From positions 20,212,001 through 20,276,000 of the forward strand of contig NC_082714.1 of the NCBI RefSeq assembly GCF_030144855.1: a stretch of DNA of 64,000 nt, written 5' to 3'. Each line of letters starts with the position of its first letter. Within the stretch, counting starts at the first letter, position 1. This DNA comes from Hypanus sabinus. Lineage: Eukaryota. Under the pieces are notes generated by a model. The model had not been told where the DNA came from and did no database searches. It worked only from the letters and a program-made list of their open reading frames with translations. Position numbers and translations under genes: made by a program. Shown here one piece after another: positions 11,976 to 24,546 of this stretch.

Positions 11976-13144
11976 AGTATACATGGTAGTATACAAACTT
12001 TGAACTTATAAGCCAGGAATCAGGGGCTGGCACAGGGGCAGAAGAACTGTTGATTACAAAGTAACCATGAATGCACTTAAAATGGCTGAAACAAGTAGCT
12101 ACTATTGGATATTTTGACCCATTGAATTTGTTGTCCTGACTATGCAATGACTTGCTCATTAAAGTCTGAGCACAAAAAAAGATGCATTTAAATTTTTTGG
12201 AAACACCCAAAATAATTATTTTTGTTTTGCTCTTTTATCCTAATGATATTTTCCTTCCTTTTATCAGGAGCCGCATTTAGGTGATTTCCACCTCATCAGA
12301 AAACATCGAGCAGCAAAACTATTAACGATGTTGATCAGGAACATGTAGAATTCTCTCTCCTCAAGTAATTTATTTGGAATAAAATAAGATATCACCCTTC
12401 AGGCAATTTCAGAATACATTTAATATTGTCAGCAGTTCCTCATGCAAATATTTTAAATGAAATTCTAATGTACAAATTACTTAGAGCAATGATTTAATAA
12501 GGGTCATTGTGAAGGATTCCACCTACTAGTGGTTCATTCACATGTAATCCATATTCATTAGAATTTAGTTGGTTATGTGTGTCACTGCTCCTAACAATAA
12601 CTTATTTAGATGGTAGGCATTTCTTTCTCTCTGCAATGCTCGAGCAAAAGATTGTGTCTGTAATAATGTTAAACAGCACCATGTAAATTTATGTTTTGCT
12701 AATTTTATTTGTCCAGTTTAAACAAGAGCAGAAAGGTAATAAAATAAACCCATTGTCGGGTGTAATTATAATTACTAAGCCTTCTTTTCAGAGCAGATAG
12801 CAAATGAGACAGACTAAATCATCTGCCCACATATGTTAAAATTCAGCTTGCATCAGAAAATCAAGGCTGGCACAACAGCACCTGATAGTCAACTACTGAG
12901 GCAAAAAATGGTATAAAATGCACTGCATTTACAAGAAGCTTGTAGCAGTGTGTTTGACTTGGTTCAGTGTCAGCATTCTCACTTTGGATTTTGAAGGTTG
13001 CTGGTTCAAATCCCATTCTGGAGTTGAGGGTATAATTTAGGCAGAAGATTCAGTAGGTCAGAGATGCTGCCTTTTTAATGAGATGTTGATCTTACACTTC
13101 ATCCTTCCTAGCAACCTTGTGAAAAGATCTTTCCTAGTTTTTAA

Positions 13145-13400
13145 AAAGTTTTAAGGTGCTTGGAGGGGTGTAAGGGGCATGCCAAAGGTATATTTTTCAC
13201 ATAGAAAGCACGGAATGCGCTGCCGGGGGTGGTGGGAGATGCAGATACATTAGGGGCATTTAAGGAACTCTCAGGCAAACATAATAGGCTCTGTAGGAGG
13301 GAAGGGTTCAATTGATCAGAGTAGGTTAAATGGTTGCTACAATATCATGGTCTGTAGGGCTTATATTGTATTATAATTTCCACATTCTAAAGTTTTATGT
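13145..13400 (+). mobile_element. CR1 3' end, degraded
   Basis: ggaatgcgctgccgggggtggtgg...catttaagg, followed by a CR1-type 3' UTR. Confidence 0.7.
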
Positions 13401-13404
13401 TCTA

Positions 13405-13795
13405 GTTAGGAGGCACAGGAGCCTCAAGTCCCAGCCCACTAGTTTCAGGAACAGCTATTTACCCTCAATTATCAGGCTTTTGAACTAGAAGGGAGAACTT
13501 CACTCATCCCAACACTGAACTGATTTCACAAGCCATGGGCTCACTTTTAAGAACTTTACAACTCGTGTTCTTAATATTTATTGCTTACTTTCTGTATTTA
13601 TTCTAACTTTTTTCTTTTCTTTTTCTATTTGCACAGTTTGTTGTCTTTGCTGTTGTCCGTCTTTGTTGTGTGAGCTTTTGCATGGATTCTATTGTGCTCC
13701 GTTCTACTTACTGTGAATGCCCACAAAAAATAAACCTCCAGACGGTGACATAGATGTACTTTGATAATGAATTTATTTTGAACTTTGAACTTTAC
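13405..13795 (+). mobile_element. Rex1-type 3' end with (ACTTTGA)n tail
   Basis: ttcaggaacagctatttaccctc...ttttgaactttgaacttt. Confidence 0.8.
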
Positions 13796-14658
13796 CTTGG
13801 CTAACATTACCACTCTTCAAAGGACTTCAATTATATCATTGATACTTTGGGGCTTGCAATGCACAATGTGGTTGCATGTCAAGTTTTCTTAAATTAGATT
13901 TAAAACTCTACTTCAAAAATACTTCACTGGCTGCAGGGCACTTTGGGATGTCCTGGGGTCTAATATATAGTTCCTTAGCAATCCAGGGATTATCAATTTA
14001 ACCAATGCGTTAAATATGGCATATGCATGAACAATCCATATTCATTTTTACTGACGGAGGAGTGAGGGAGGAAGTGTTGAGAAGGATCTGAGAGATTGCA
14101 AACAGAAGCCTCCTTTATTGTGACTGCAGCTGCCTGGTATGCAACTCCATGCATCATTCTTTTACTATTATTCATCGAGATAGATGATTATTTCAGTTCC
14201 TTATTCAGAAAGTGAGACCGTCTCCGAGGACAATTCAAAAGCAAATACCGAAATACTGGAAACACTCAGGTGGAAAATGAAGAGCTAATGTGCCTCACTT
14301 ACTCAGCATCATACTGGCTGTCAACTCATCAAACACTCCAGCTGCCCAAGTTGGGCTGAAGATTCCCCAAGTGCCACTGCTTGTGTGATGTGATACTGAA
14401 GTGTAAAATCAGTACCGCTTCCTCCACCACTGCAGTGACGAGAGGCCCCCCACACAACTACCTTTGACTCTCTGCAACCACATAAACGACTCTGAGCAGC
14501 ATTAGCAGCCGGAATTCCAGGTGTGCATGACTCACTCCAGAATGAGCCTGATTTGCAACCCACTTCAAACTCATTCTTTGTTTAAATTCTGCTTAGGCCC
14601 GACCATTTCTCCGTGATCTAGTTGATCATGTAAGTATGACAGTGTTAAGTGTTACTTA

Positions 14659-15505
14659 CAATCAGTGGCCACTTTATTAGGTATACCTGTACACCTGCAC
14701 ATTAATGAAAATAACTAATTAGCCAATCATGTGGCAGCAACTCAATGCATAAAAGCATGCAGACATGGTCAGGAGGTGCAGTTGTTGTTCAAACCAGACA
14801 TCAGGATGGGGAATACAATGTGATGTGAATGTCTTTGACCATGAAATGATTGTTGGAGCCTGTTGGTGTGGTTTGAGTATCTCAGAAATCCCCTTGGATT
14901 TTCACACACATGTTCTAGAGCTTACAGAGAATGGTGCGATAAACAACAACATCTAGTGAGAGTGATCAAAGGAGAACAGGCAGACTTGTTCAAGCTGACA
15001 GGAAAATGACCTTAACAGATATTAGATATGGCAAATTCATTTTCCATGATAGGGGAGTCTAGGACAAAAGGGCACAACTTCAGGATTAAAGGCCGTCCAT
15101 TTAGAACAGAGAAGCAGAGAAATTACTTCAGTCAGAAGGTGGTAAATCTGCCGAATTTGTTGCCACGTGTGGCTGTGGAGGCTAAGACATTGGTTGCATT
15201 TAAGGCAGAGATAGATAGGCTCTTGATTAGCCAGGGCAACAAAGGGTATGGGGAGAAGGCAGGGGAGTGGGGATGACTGGAAGAATTGGATCAGCCCATG
15301 ATTGAATGGGAGAGCAGACTTGATGGACTGAATGGCCTACTTCTGCTCCTATATCTTATGGTCTTAACTCAAATAACTATACATTACACAGGTGGTGTGC
15401 AGAAGAGCACCTCCGAATGCACAACATGTCGAACCTTGAAGCGGGAGTGTTACAGCAGCAGAAGATCACAAACATACGCTGTGACTACTTTACTAGGTAC
15501 AGTAG
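14659..15505 (+). mobile_element. Non-autonomous Tc1-like DNA transposon relic, interrupted by CR1
   Basis: Left end ta|caatcagtggccactttattaggtatacc. Decayed N-terminal transposase remnant (FDHEMIVGA...GLSISE; [18 protein letters not shown]). A second TIR-like segment lies at about 15475-15502. Confidence 0.7.
15017..15365 (+). mobile_element. CR1 3' end inserted in the Tc1 relic
   Basis: ORF 15028-15276 is the C-terminus of CR1 ORF2. cttaac occurs on both flanks as a possible TSD. Confidence 0.88.
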
Positions 15506-15619
15506 GTTTTCTCACTACTAATATTAACTATGTACTACTTCTTTCTATCCAAAGAACCTACTCAACTCAATGGACACTGTATAAAGGTATATTATGGTAT
15601 ATATCTTTTATCTATATAT

Positions 15620-16850
15620 TTTTTGAAGAGGTTACGAGGAAAGTTGGCAAGGGTAAAGCAGTAGATGTTGTCTATATGGACTTCAGTAAGGCCTTTGACA
15701 AGGTTCCGCACGGAAGGTTAGTTAGGAAGATTCAATCATTAGGTATTAATATTGAAGTAGTAAAATGGATTCAACAGTGGCTGGATGGGAGATGCCAGGG
15801 AGTAGTGGTGGATAATTGTTTGTCAGTTTGGAGGCCGGTGACTAGTGGTGTGCCTCAGGGATCTGTACTGGGTCCAATGTTGTTTGCCATATGCATTAAT
15901 TATCTGGATGATGGGGTGGTAAATTGGATTAGTAAGTATGCAGATGTAGGTAGGTGGCGTTGTGGATAATGAAGTAGGTTTTCAAAGCTTGCAGAGAGAC
16001 TTAGGCCAGTTAGAAGAGTGGGCTGAAAGATGGCAGATGGAGTTTAATGATGATAAGTGTGAGGTGCTGCATTTTGGTAGGAATAATCCAAATAGGACAT
16101 ACATGGTAAACGGTAGGGCATTGAAGAATGCAGTAGAACAGAGTGATCTAGGAATAATGGTACATAGTTCCCTGAAAGTGGAAACTCATGTGGATAGGGT
16201 GGTGAAGAAAGCTTTTGGTATGCTGGCCTTTATAAATCATAGCATTGAGTATAGGAGTTGGGATGTAATGTTAAAATTGTACAAGGCATTGGTAAGGGCA
16301 AATTTGGAGTATTGTGTACAGTTCTGGTCACTGAATTATAGGAAAGATGTCAACAAAATAGAGAGAGTACAGAGAAGATTTACTAGAATGTTACCTGGGT
16401 TTCAGCACCTAAGTTACAGGGAAAGGTGGAACAAGTTAGGTCTTTATTCTTTGGAGTGTAGAAGGTTGAGGGAGGACTTGATAGAGTTATTTAAAATAAT
16501 GAGGTGGATAGATCGAGTTGACGTGGATAGGCTTTTTCCATTGAGAGTAGGGGAGATTCAAACAAGAGGACATGAGTTGAGAGTTAGGGGACAAAAGCTT
16601 AGGAGTAACACGAGGGGGAATTTCTTTACTCAGAGAATGGTAGCTGTATGGAACGAGCTTCCAGTAGAAGTGGTAGGGGCAGGTTCGGTATTGTCATTTA
16701 AAGTAAAATTGAATAGGTATATGGACAGGAAAGGAATGGAGGGTTATGGGCTGAGTGTAGGTCAGTGGGACTAGATGAGAGTAAGGGTTCGGCACAGACT
16801 AGAAGGGCCAAGATGGCCTGTTTCCGTGCTGTAATTGTTATATGGTTATA
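15620..16850 (+). mobile_element. CR1 LINE, 5'-truncated (RT to 3' UTR)
   Basis: [40 protein letters not shown]. One frameshift near 15950. (TTATATGG)n-like tail. Confidence 0.96.
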
Positions 16851-17294
16851 TTATGGAGCTGCCCCAAAGTATTACATTGAAATAGGCAAGATACAATGAA
16901 GAATATTGTTTGTAGTCTAATAATCCATCAATGTATAGCACAGTGCACTCAAATGCCACAATAATCACCAATAAAATATTGGTTTGATCAGGAAGATTTC
17001 AAAGTTTGAATTAGCCATACATTTACTACCTTCATCAATATCAAGTAAATCCAGTGCAGAGATTAAACAAATTACTGCACAAATTGGTGCTAATTGCCAC
17101 AATCTTCAGTGACTACAAGGGGAAGAGCATGGCAATTGGAAATGTTACATTAGTAAAAGATTGCTCAGGTTTCAGTCCAATAATATTATTAAGATAACTT
17201 TGTACTGGTATTCACTGCATGCTTGGTGCAGCAGATAAGAAAGGATAGAAATTCCTAATCTCAACAAGATACAATATTTTCTTTTGCATATATA

Positions 17295-17610
17295 GCAGTT
17301 ATAACCCCTGACCTATCAGGCTCTTCAACCAAAGGAGATAATCTCACTCAACTTCACTTGCCTATCAATGAAATGTTCCCATAACCTGTGGACCCACTTT
17401 CAAGGACTTTTCATCTCGTATTCTCACTATTCATTCTATTTATTTTGTTTTGTATTTGCACTGTTTTTTTAATCTTTTGCACACTAGTTGAATGTCCAAT
17501 GAGTAAGGGTTTCCATTAATGATATTATGGTTACTATTCTATTATGGATTTATTGAGTATGCCCACAAGAAAATGAATCTCAAGTTTGTAATATGGTATC
17601 ATAAGTGCTT
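17295..17610 (+). mobile_element. Rex1-type 3' UTR; its last part resumes at about 20240-20272 after the CR1 insertion
   Basis: gaaaatgaatctcaag...tatgg at 17570-17600, and ttgataataaatttactttgagctttga at 20244-20271. Confidence 0.75.
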
Positions 17611-17611
17611 A

Positions 17612-20232
17612 AACATAGAAACATAGAAAGGTGCAGGAGTAGGCCATTCGGCCCTTCGAGCCTGCACCACCATTCTGTATGATCATGGCTGATCATCCAA
17701 CTCAGAACCCTGTACCTATTTTCTCTCCATACCCCCTGATCCCTTTAGCCACAAGGGCCATATCTAACTTCCTCTTAAATATAGCCAATGAACCGGCCTC
17801 AACTGTTTCCTGTGGCAGAGAATTCCACAGATTCATCACTCTCTGTGTGAAGAAGTTTTTCTTCATCTCGGTCCTAAAAGTCTTCCCCTTTATCCTTAAA
17901 CTGTGACCCCTTGTTCTGGACTTCCCCAACATCAGAAACAATCTCCCTGCATCTCGCCTGTCCAATCCCTTTAGAATTTTATATGTTTCAATAAGATCCC
18001 CCCTCAATCTTCTAAATTCCAGTTAGTATAAGCCTAGTCGATCCAGTCTTTCTTCATATGAAAGTCCTGCCATCCCAGGAATCAATCTGGTGAACCTTCT
18101 TTGTACTCTCTCTATGGCAAGAATGTCTTTCCTCAGATTCGGTGACCAAAACTGGACACAATATTCTAGTTGCGGTCTCACCAAGGCCTTGTACAACTGC
18201 AGTAGAACCTCCCTGCTCCTGCACTCAAATCCTTTTGCTATGAATGCCAACATACCATTTGCCTTTTTCACCACCTGCTGTACCTGCATGCCCACCTTCA
18301 ATGACTGGTGTACAATGACACCCAGGTCTCGTTGCATCTCCCCTTTTCCTAATTGACCACCGTTCAGATGATAATCTGTTTTCCTGTTCTTGCAACCAAA
18401 GTGGATAACTTCACATTTATCCACATTAAATTGCATCTGCCATGAATTTGCCCACTCACCTAACCAATCCAAGTCACCCTGCATCCTCTTAGCATCCTCC
18501 TCAAAGCTAACACTGCCGCCCAGCTTCATGTCATCTGCAAACCAGGAGATGCTGCATTTAATTCCCTCGTCTAAATCATTAATATATATTGTAAACAACT
18601 GGGGTCCCAGCACTGAGCCTTGCGGTACCCCACTAGTCACTGCCTGCCATTCTGAAAAGGTCCTGTTTACTCCCACTCTTTGCTTCCTGTCTGCCAACCA
18701 ATTCTCTATTCACATCAATACCATACCCCCAATACCGTGTGCTTTAAGTTTGCACACTAATCTCCTGTGTGGGACCTTGTCAAAAGCTTTTTGAAAATCT
18801 AAATATACCACATCCACTGGCTCTCCCCTATCCACTATACTAGTTACATCTTCAAAAAATTCTATAAGATTCGTCAGACATGATTTTCCTTTCACAAATC
18901 CATGCTGACTTTGTCCGATAATTTCACCTCTTTCCAAATGTGCTGTTATCACATCTTTGATAACCGACTCTAGCATTTTCCCCATCACCGATGTCAGACT
19001 AACTGGTCTATAATTCCCCAGTTTCTCTTTCCCTTCTTTTTTAAAAAGTGGGGATACATTAGCTACCCTCCAATCCTCAGGAACTAATCCAGAATCTAAG
19101 GAGTTTTGAAAAATTATCACTAATGCATCCACTATTTCTTGGGCTACTTCCTTGAGCACTCTGGGATGCAGACCATCTGGCCCTGGGGAATTTATCTGCC
19201 TTTAATCCCTTCAATTTACCTAACACCACTTCCCTACTAACATGCATTTCCCTCAGTTCCTCCATCTCACTAGACCCTCGGTCCCTTACTATTTCCGGAA
19301 GATTATTTATGTTCTCCTTAGTGAAGACAGAACCAAAGTAGTTATTTAATTGATCTGCCATGTCTTTGTTCCCTATGATCAATTCACCTGTTTCTGACTG
19401 TAAAGGACCTACATTTGTCTTGACCAATCTTTTTCTTTTCACGTATCTATAAAAGATTTTACAGTCAGTTTTTATGTTCCCTGCCAGCTTTCTCTCATAA
19501 TCTTTTTTCCCTTTCCTAACTAAGCCCTTTGCCCTCCTCTGCTGGTCTCTGAATTTCTCCCAGTCCTTAGGTGTGGCGCTTTTTTTGCTAATTTATATGT
19601 TTCTTCTTTGGACTTGATACTATCCCTAATTTCCCTTTTCAGCCACGGGTGCACTACCTTCCCTGGTTTATTCTTTTGCCAAACTGGGATGAACAATTGT
19701 TGTAGTTCATCCATGCGATCTTTAAATGCTTGCCATTGCATATCCACCGTCAGCCCTTTAAGTATCATTTGCCAGTCTATCTTAGCTAATTCACGTCCTT
19801 TAAGTTCAGAACCTTTGTTTCTGAATTAACTATGTCACTCTCCATCTTAATGAATAATTCCACCATATTATGGTCACTCTCACCCAAGGGGCCTTGCACA
19901 ACAAGATTGCTAACTAACTCTTCCTCATTGCTCAATACCCAATCTAGAATGGCCTGCTCTCTAGTTGGTTCCTCGACATGTTGGTTCAGAAAACCATCCC
20001 GCATACATTCCAAGAAATCCTCTCCCTCAGCACCCTTACCAATTTGGTTCACCCAATCTATATGTAGATTGAAGTCACCCATTATAACTACTGTTCCTTT
20101 ATTGCACGCATTTCTAATTTCTTGTTTAATGCCATCCCCAACCTCACTACTACTGTTAGGTGGCATGTACACAACTCCCACCAGCGTTTTCTGCCCCTTA
20201 GTGTTACGCAGCTCTACCCATATCGATTCCAT
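17612..20232 (-). mobile_element. CR1 LINE ORF2, 2.6 kb (APE endonuclease C-terminal half, RT and 3' UTR), frameshifted
   Basis: [49 protein letters not shown]. (CTATGTTT)n tail at 17612-17628. Confidence 0.97.
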
Positions 20233-20532
20233 ATCGACGCTTGTTGATAATAAATTTACTTTGAGCTTTGAAATTTAAATTAAGAGAAATAATTTTATAA
20301 AGAGTATAGGCTACAGAAAAAAATATGTCAATAGTTGCTCAAAGCTATCAGCGCCGAAGGAAACTGGTAAACAGTCTGCTTCATACAATATGCACTGAAT
20401 GCTTACATTGTTTCCTGATGTTCATGTGTGAGCGGAGTGACAATAGATTGAGTTGCACAGGTCTCAGAACAAGGGATGTTGTCTACTAAAGGCTGGAGTA
20501 TTTTGTAAGCAGGGAGCAAATTCAGAAATTAG

Positions 20533-21251
20533 ATATGCAAGGGGACTTTGGAGTCCTCATGCAGGATTCCTTAAAGGTTAACTTGCAAGTTCAGTTGGTG
20601 GTAAGGAAGGAAAATGAAATGTTGGCATTTATTTTGAAAGGACTAGAATATAAAAACAAGGATGTAATGTTGAGACTTTATAAAGCACTGGTCAGGCTGC
20701 ACTTGGAGTATTGCGAGCAGGGCTGGGCCCCTTATCTAAGCAAAGATGTTCTGTTCTTGGGAAGAGTCCTGAGGAGGTTCATGAGAATGATTCTGGGAAT
20801 GAAAGAGTTAATGTATGAGGACTGTTTGATGGCTCTGAGCCTGTACTCACTGGGGTTTAGAAGAATGAAGAGGAATCCCATTGAAACCTATTGAAAGGCC
20901 TAAACAGAGTGGACATGGGGAAGATGTTTGCTATAGTGAAGAAGTTTGGGACCAGAGGGGACAGCCTCAGAGTAGAAGGTTGTCTCCTTAGTACAGAGAT
21001 ATAGAAGAACTTCTTTAGCCAGAATGTGTAGAATCTGTGGAATTCAATGCCATAGTCAGCTGTGGAGGCCAAGTCATTGAGTATATTTAAAGCAGAGGTT
21101 GATAGGTTCTCGATTAGTCAGCGAGTCAAAGGTTACAATGAGAAGGCAGAACAATGGGGTTGAGAGGGATAATCAATCAGCCAGGATGGAATGATGGAAC
21201 AGACTCGATGGGCCCAATGACCTAATTCTGCTCCTATGTCCTGCGGTCTTA
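20533..21251 (+). mobile_element. CR1 3' region
   Basis: LYKALVRLHLEYCEQGWAPYL followed by a CR1 3' UTR. Confidence 0.9.
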
Positions 21252-21526
21252 CTAAACTAATATTTTCAGGCTTTCTGACCTAGCACTGTAACAAGCTATG
21301 AACCAGATATAGAAATAGAAATAAATATGACTCTATAATGTGAAATTCACCATTTGTGGATGTGCAGTTTGTCAGCGGGTCAGCACGTCAATGACTCCAT
21401 TGGCTCTGGACCTGCTGCTACCTATTCTACTCTCAGGTTATGGAGCTACAAAGGAAAATGCACAAAGCTGGATGGAATCTCCAGGTTGAGAGGGGAAAAG
21501 ATTGGGATGGGAAGTGGGAAAGTCCA

Positions 21527-22168
21527 AAGTCAAGTCAAGTCAACTTTTATCGTCATTTCGACCATAACTGCTGGTACAGTGCATGGTAAAAATGAGACAA
21601 CGTTTTTCAGGACCATAGTTTTACATGACACAGTACAAAAAACTAGACTGAACTACGTAATGAAAAAAAAACAGAGAAAGCTACACTAGACTACAGACCT
21701 ACACTTGACTACATAAAGTGCACAAAAACAGTGCAGGCATTACAATAAATAATAAACAGGACAGCAGGGCAAGGTGTCAGTCCAGGCTTCGGGTATTGAG
21801 GAGTCCGATAGCTTGGGGGAAGAAACTGTTATACTGTCAACAACCATCTCTTTTGTTTTGTTCACATTAAGAGACAGGTTGTTGGCTCTGCACCAGTCCG
21901 TTAGCTGCTGCACCTCCTATCTGTAAGCTGACTCATCATTCTTGCTGATGAGACCCACCACGGTCATGTCATCGGTGAACTTGATGATATGGTTCGAGCT
22001 GTGTGCTGCAGCACAATCGTGGGTCAGCATAGTGAACAGCAGGGACTGAGCACGCAACCCTGGGGAGCCCACGTGTTCAGTGTGATGGTGTTGGAGATTC
22101 TGCTCCCGATCCGGACTGACTGAGGTCTCCCAGTCAGTAAGTCTAGGATCCAGTTGCAGAGGGAGGCT
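21527..22168 (-). mobile_element. Rex1 copy of the 5813-6745 subfamily, with an internal deletion
   Basis: Near-identical tail. [18 protein letters not shown] and PQGCVLSP motifs. At about 21832 the sequence jumps from the equivalent of 6110 to 6592. Confidence 0.9.
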
Positions 22169-22934
22169 CTATTTAGCCAACAGATGGCCAGAGACCATTG
22201 AAATGGGAATCTCCATTGGGAAGGTGGAATTTTGCGCTGGATCACTGACCAACTGATAAACGATAAAGGAATGGAGGTCGGGTTCTAACTGTTCTATACT
22301 GAAGGGACCTCCTTTATTTTAGTACAAATTCAGTAAGCAATAGCCTATTTCTCTTACTATTTTCCCAATCTCAGTCCTCGACTGGTAAAGGTTGAGTCCT
22401 AAGCCAATAGGGATCTGAAGTCCAGAATTATGTAATCAACAGTGAAAGCTGAACAATGTCAGCTGAAAATTCAATGAACTTGCCTTGCAGCCATTTTCAC
22501 AGCAGATCCTGAGACCAGCTGAAGAATCTTCTCAGCAACTACAAGCCCTCTCCATCACCGCCAGAAGGCCTGCCCAAAGCAACTTTGCTCCAGCAGATAT
22601 TGGAGACTATGACAGGCTGCCCGGTCAGGCTGTTATGTTGTCGGGGCAACTGCTGCAGGAGAGGGTTTGGAGGAGAAAGGGAGTGAGTGGAAGGAGAAGC
22701 AGTGTTGCTGACAGTTCCATATCAGAAGGGAGACACCATACTTTAGTTGGAAATTAATCGCCCTCTGCAAAATAACCTGCAATGTACGTGAATGAATTTG
22801 ATGTGTATGTGGGAGCAAGTTCTTTAAGTTCATGATGACATGAAGAATGGAGGAGTTACAGATGGTGTTAAGGCTGCTGATATATAGGAATGTATCCAGA
22901 CCCATATGAGTGATTCACTTTGGAAACACTGCTG

Positions 22935-23590
22935 AGGCTAGGACATACAACAAGCATGGTCAGGTCTTTGGGACCTCTGAGTAACAGAAGAACTTACCAT
23001 ACTAGTCTGTAGATCATCAAAGGTCATGCCATAGGTTAGTAAAATGGTTCAGAATACACATAGAATACTGGCTCCATTAGACGGGACAGTAAACCAAAGA
23101 AAACCTTAGTCAGAGCTCAACTGGATTACTGAATTAGAATCAGAATCAGATTTATGCCCTGACGGTTAGCAGGAGAGATTTTAGAAGCTTAATCTGTTCT
23201 CCCTAGAGCAGAGGAAGTTAAGAAGGAACACGATTAAAGTGAATAGAATTCTGAAGGATATAGGTAGGGTAGACCGCAGCAAACTTTTTCCCATACAGAG
23301 GTAGACAAAACTAAATTACATGGATTTAGGGCATGAAGAGGGGGATTGAAGAGAGAAGCTTAGACGGTGTATGGGGTGTGGACCTTCCTCCCTCAGAATG
23401 TTAATTATCTGGAATGCACTGTCTGAGGCAGTATTTGATGCTGAGATACTGAAGCATTAAGATGAGGTCTTGATGCACTTGGGCTTAGAAGACTGGGATC
23501 ATTTGCTGGGACTGGGGATTAATATAGGAGGGCACCCATTGGTCAGTGTGAGCACGATGAGCTGAATATATGTTTCCATGCTGTATCATT
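22935..23590 (+). mobile_element. Old CR1 3' region
   Basis: Decayed LFSLEQRKLR and QNVNYLECT-like segments, with a CR1-type 3' UTR. Confidence 0.6.
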
Positions 23591-24546
23591 CAATTATCAG
23601 CAGTCACAGACTTTATAAAGAACGTGCCTTCATTGAGTACCTAACCTTTTACAAAGCCCACTGCACACGAGCAGACTTATACACAGGAGACAAAGTGCAT
23701 TCAAGGTCTCCTGGAACAGACTGGCCAGAAGAACTTTCTATAAACATTGCTGCATACCAGTAAGCAGACAGTAACATGCCACAACCCTTACAGGGAAGAC
23801 AGTCCTAAAGCAATAATTGGTGCAAACAATCAATATTACATAAACTACAAACCTACATCTAAACCTGCCTACCCATGGCTGAGGGCAATTGCCTCAGATT
23901 GGTCCTTCTACAGAAATCTGCTCTCTGCCGGCACCATAGGGCAGTGGGCAGGATCAGAACAGCCCAGGACTATGGTCACATTCCCGGCTTGCTGGCAATT
24001 TTGGGTAACTCTTCCCTGCTTTTGGTCAGTGTGTTATTTTCCTTTTCCATTGGATGTTACAAGGCAGCTGTGCAGTAACAACAGAAAAATACTGTTTATA
24101 ACATGGTATGGACATTCTCATTACCACCAGCTGACAACCTACAACCTCCTAGGAAGTTGTATCTTGCTTTTGGAGCTTTTTTTAACCATGTTCCTCACCA
24201 GCATAAACACGCTTAAAATATAATGCAAAGATACGGTGTTTTATGAAATCTTGTTGGTAAATAAAATGCATTCATAAGCAAACCTCTGTGTAGAAATTAA
24301 ACTTAGGTCATTAGTCTTATGAAATGATTGCTTGGCTACCTTGCCAAATCCCCTAAACAATCCAAGCGACCCCAATAGCAGGAAACACTACCGAGTGGTT
24401 GGTCTGGTGAAAAGCAATTCTCTGGTAGTTAATACCAAAGCAGTTAACCAAACTCAAATCTACATTCTGCACTTCAATGTAAATTTATTATCAAAGCACG
24501 CGTATGTCATCATATGCTACCCTGAAATCCAATATCAGGATGGAAT

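Larger units (their letters stand above)
12955..13965 (+). mobile_element. Old tRNA-headed Deu-domain SINE (SacSINE1-like), split by two later insertions
   Basis: Head at 12955-13095 with A/B-box-like tggttcagtg and ggttcaaatccc. Tail at 13800-13965 reads ctacttcaaaaatacttcactggctgcagggcactttgggatgtcctg, as I recall the Deu-SINE 3' region. Confidence 0.6.

Noticed and set aside
15286-15969. 227-aa ORF as a novel fusion protein
   Set aside because: Chance read-through across a CR1 3' UTR, a Tc1 remnant, AT-rich spacer and CR1 RT.
23747-24223. 158-aa ORF in unique sequence
   Set aside because: Non-ATG start, no recognisable motif or splice structure, and a length compatible with chance.
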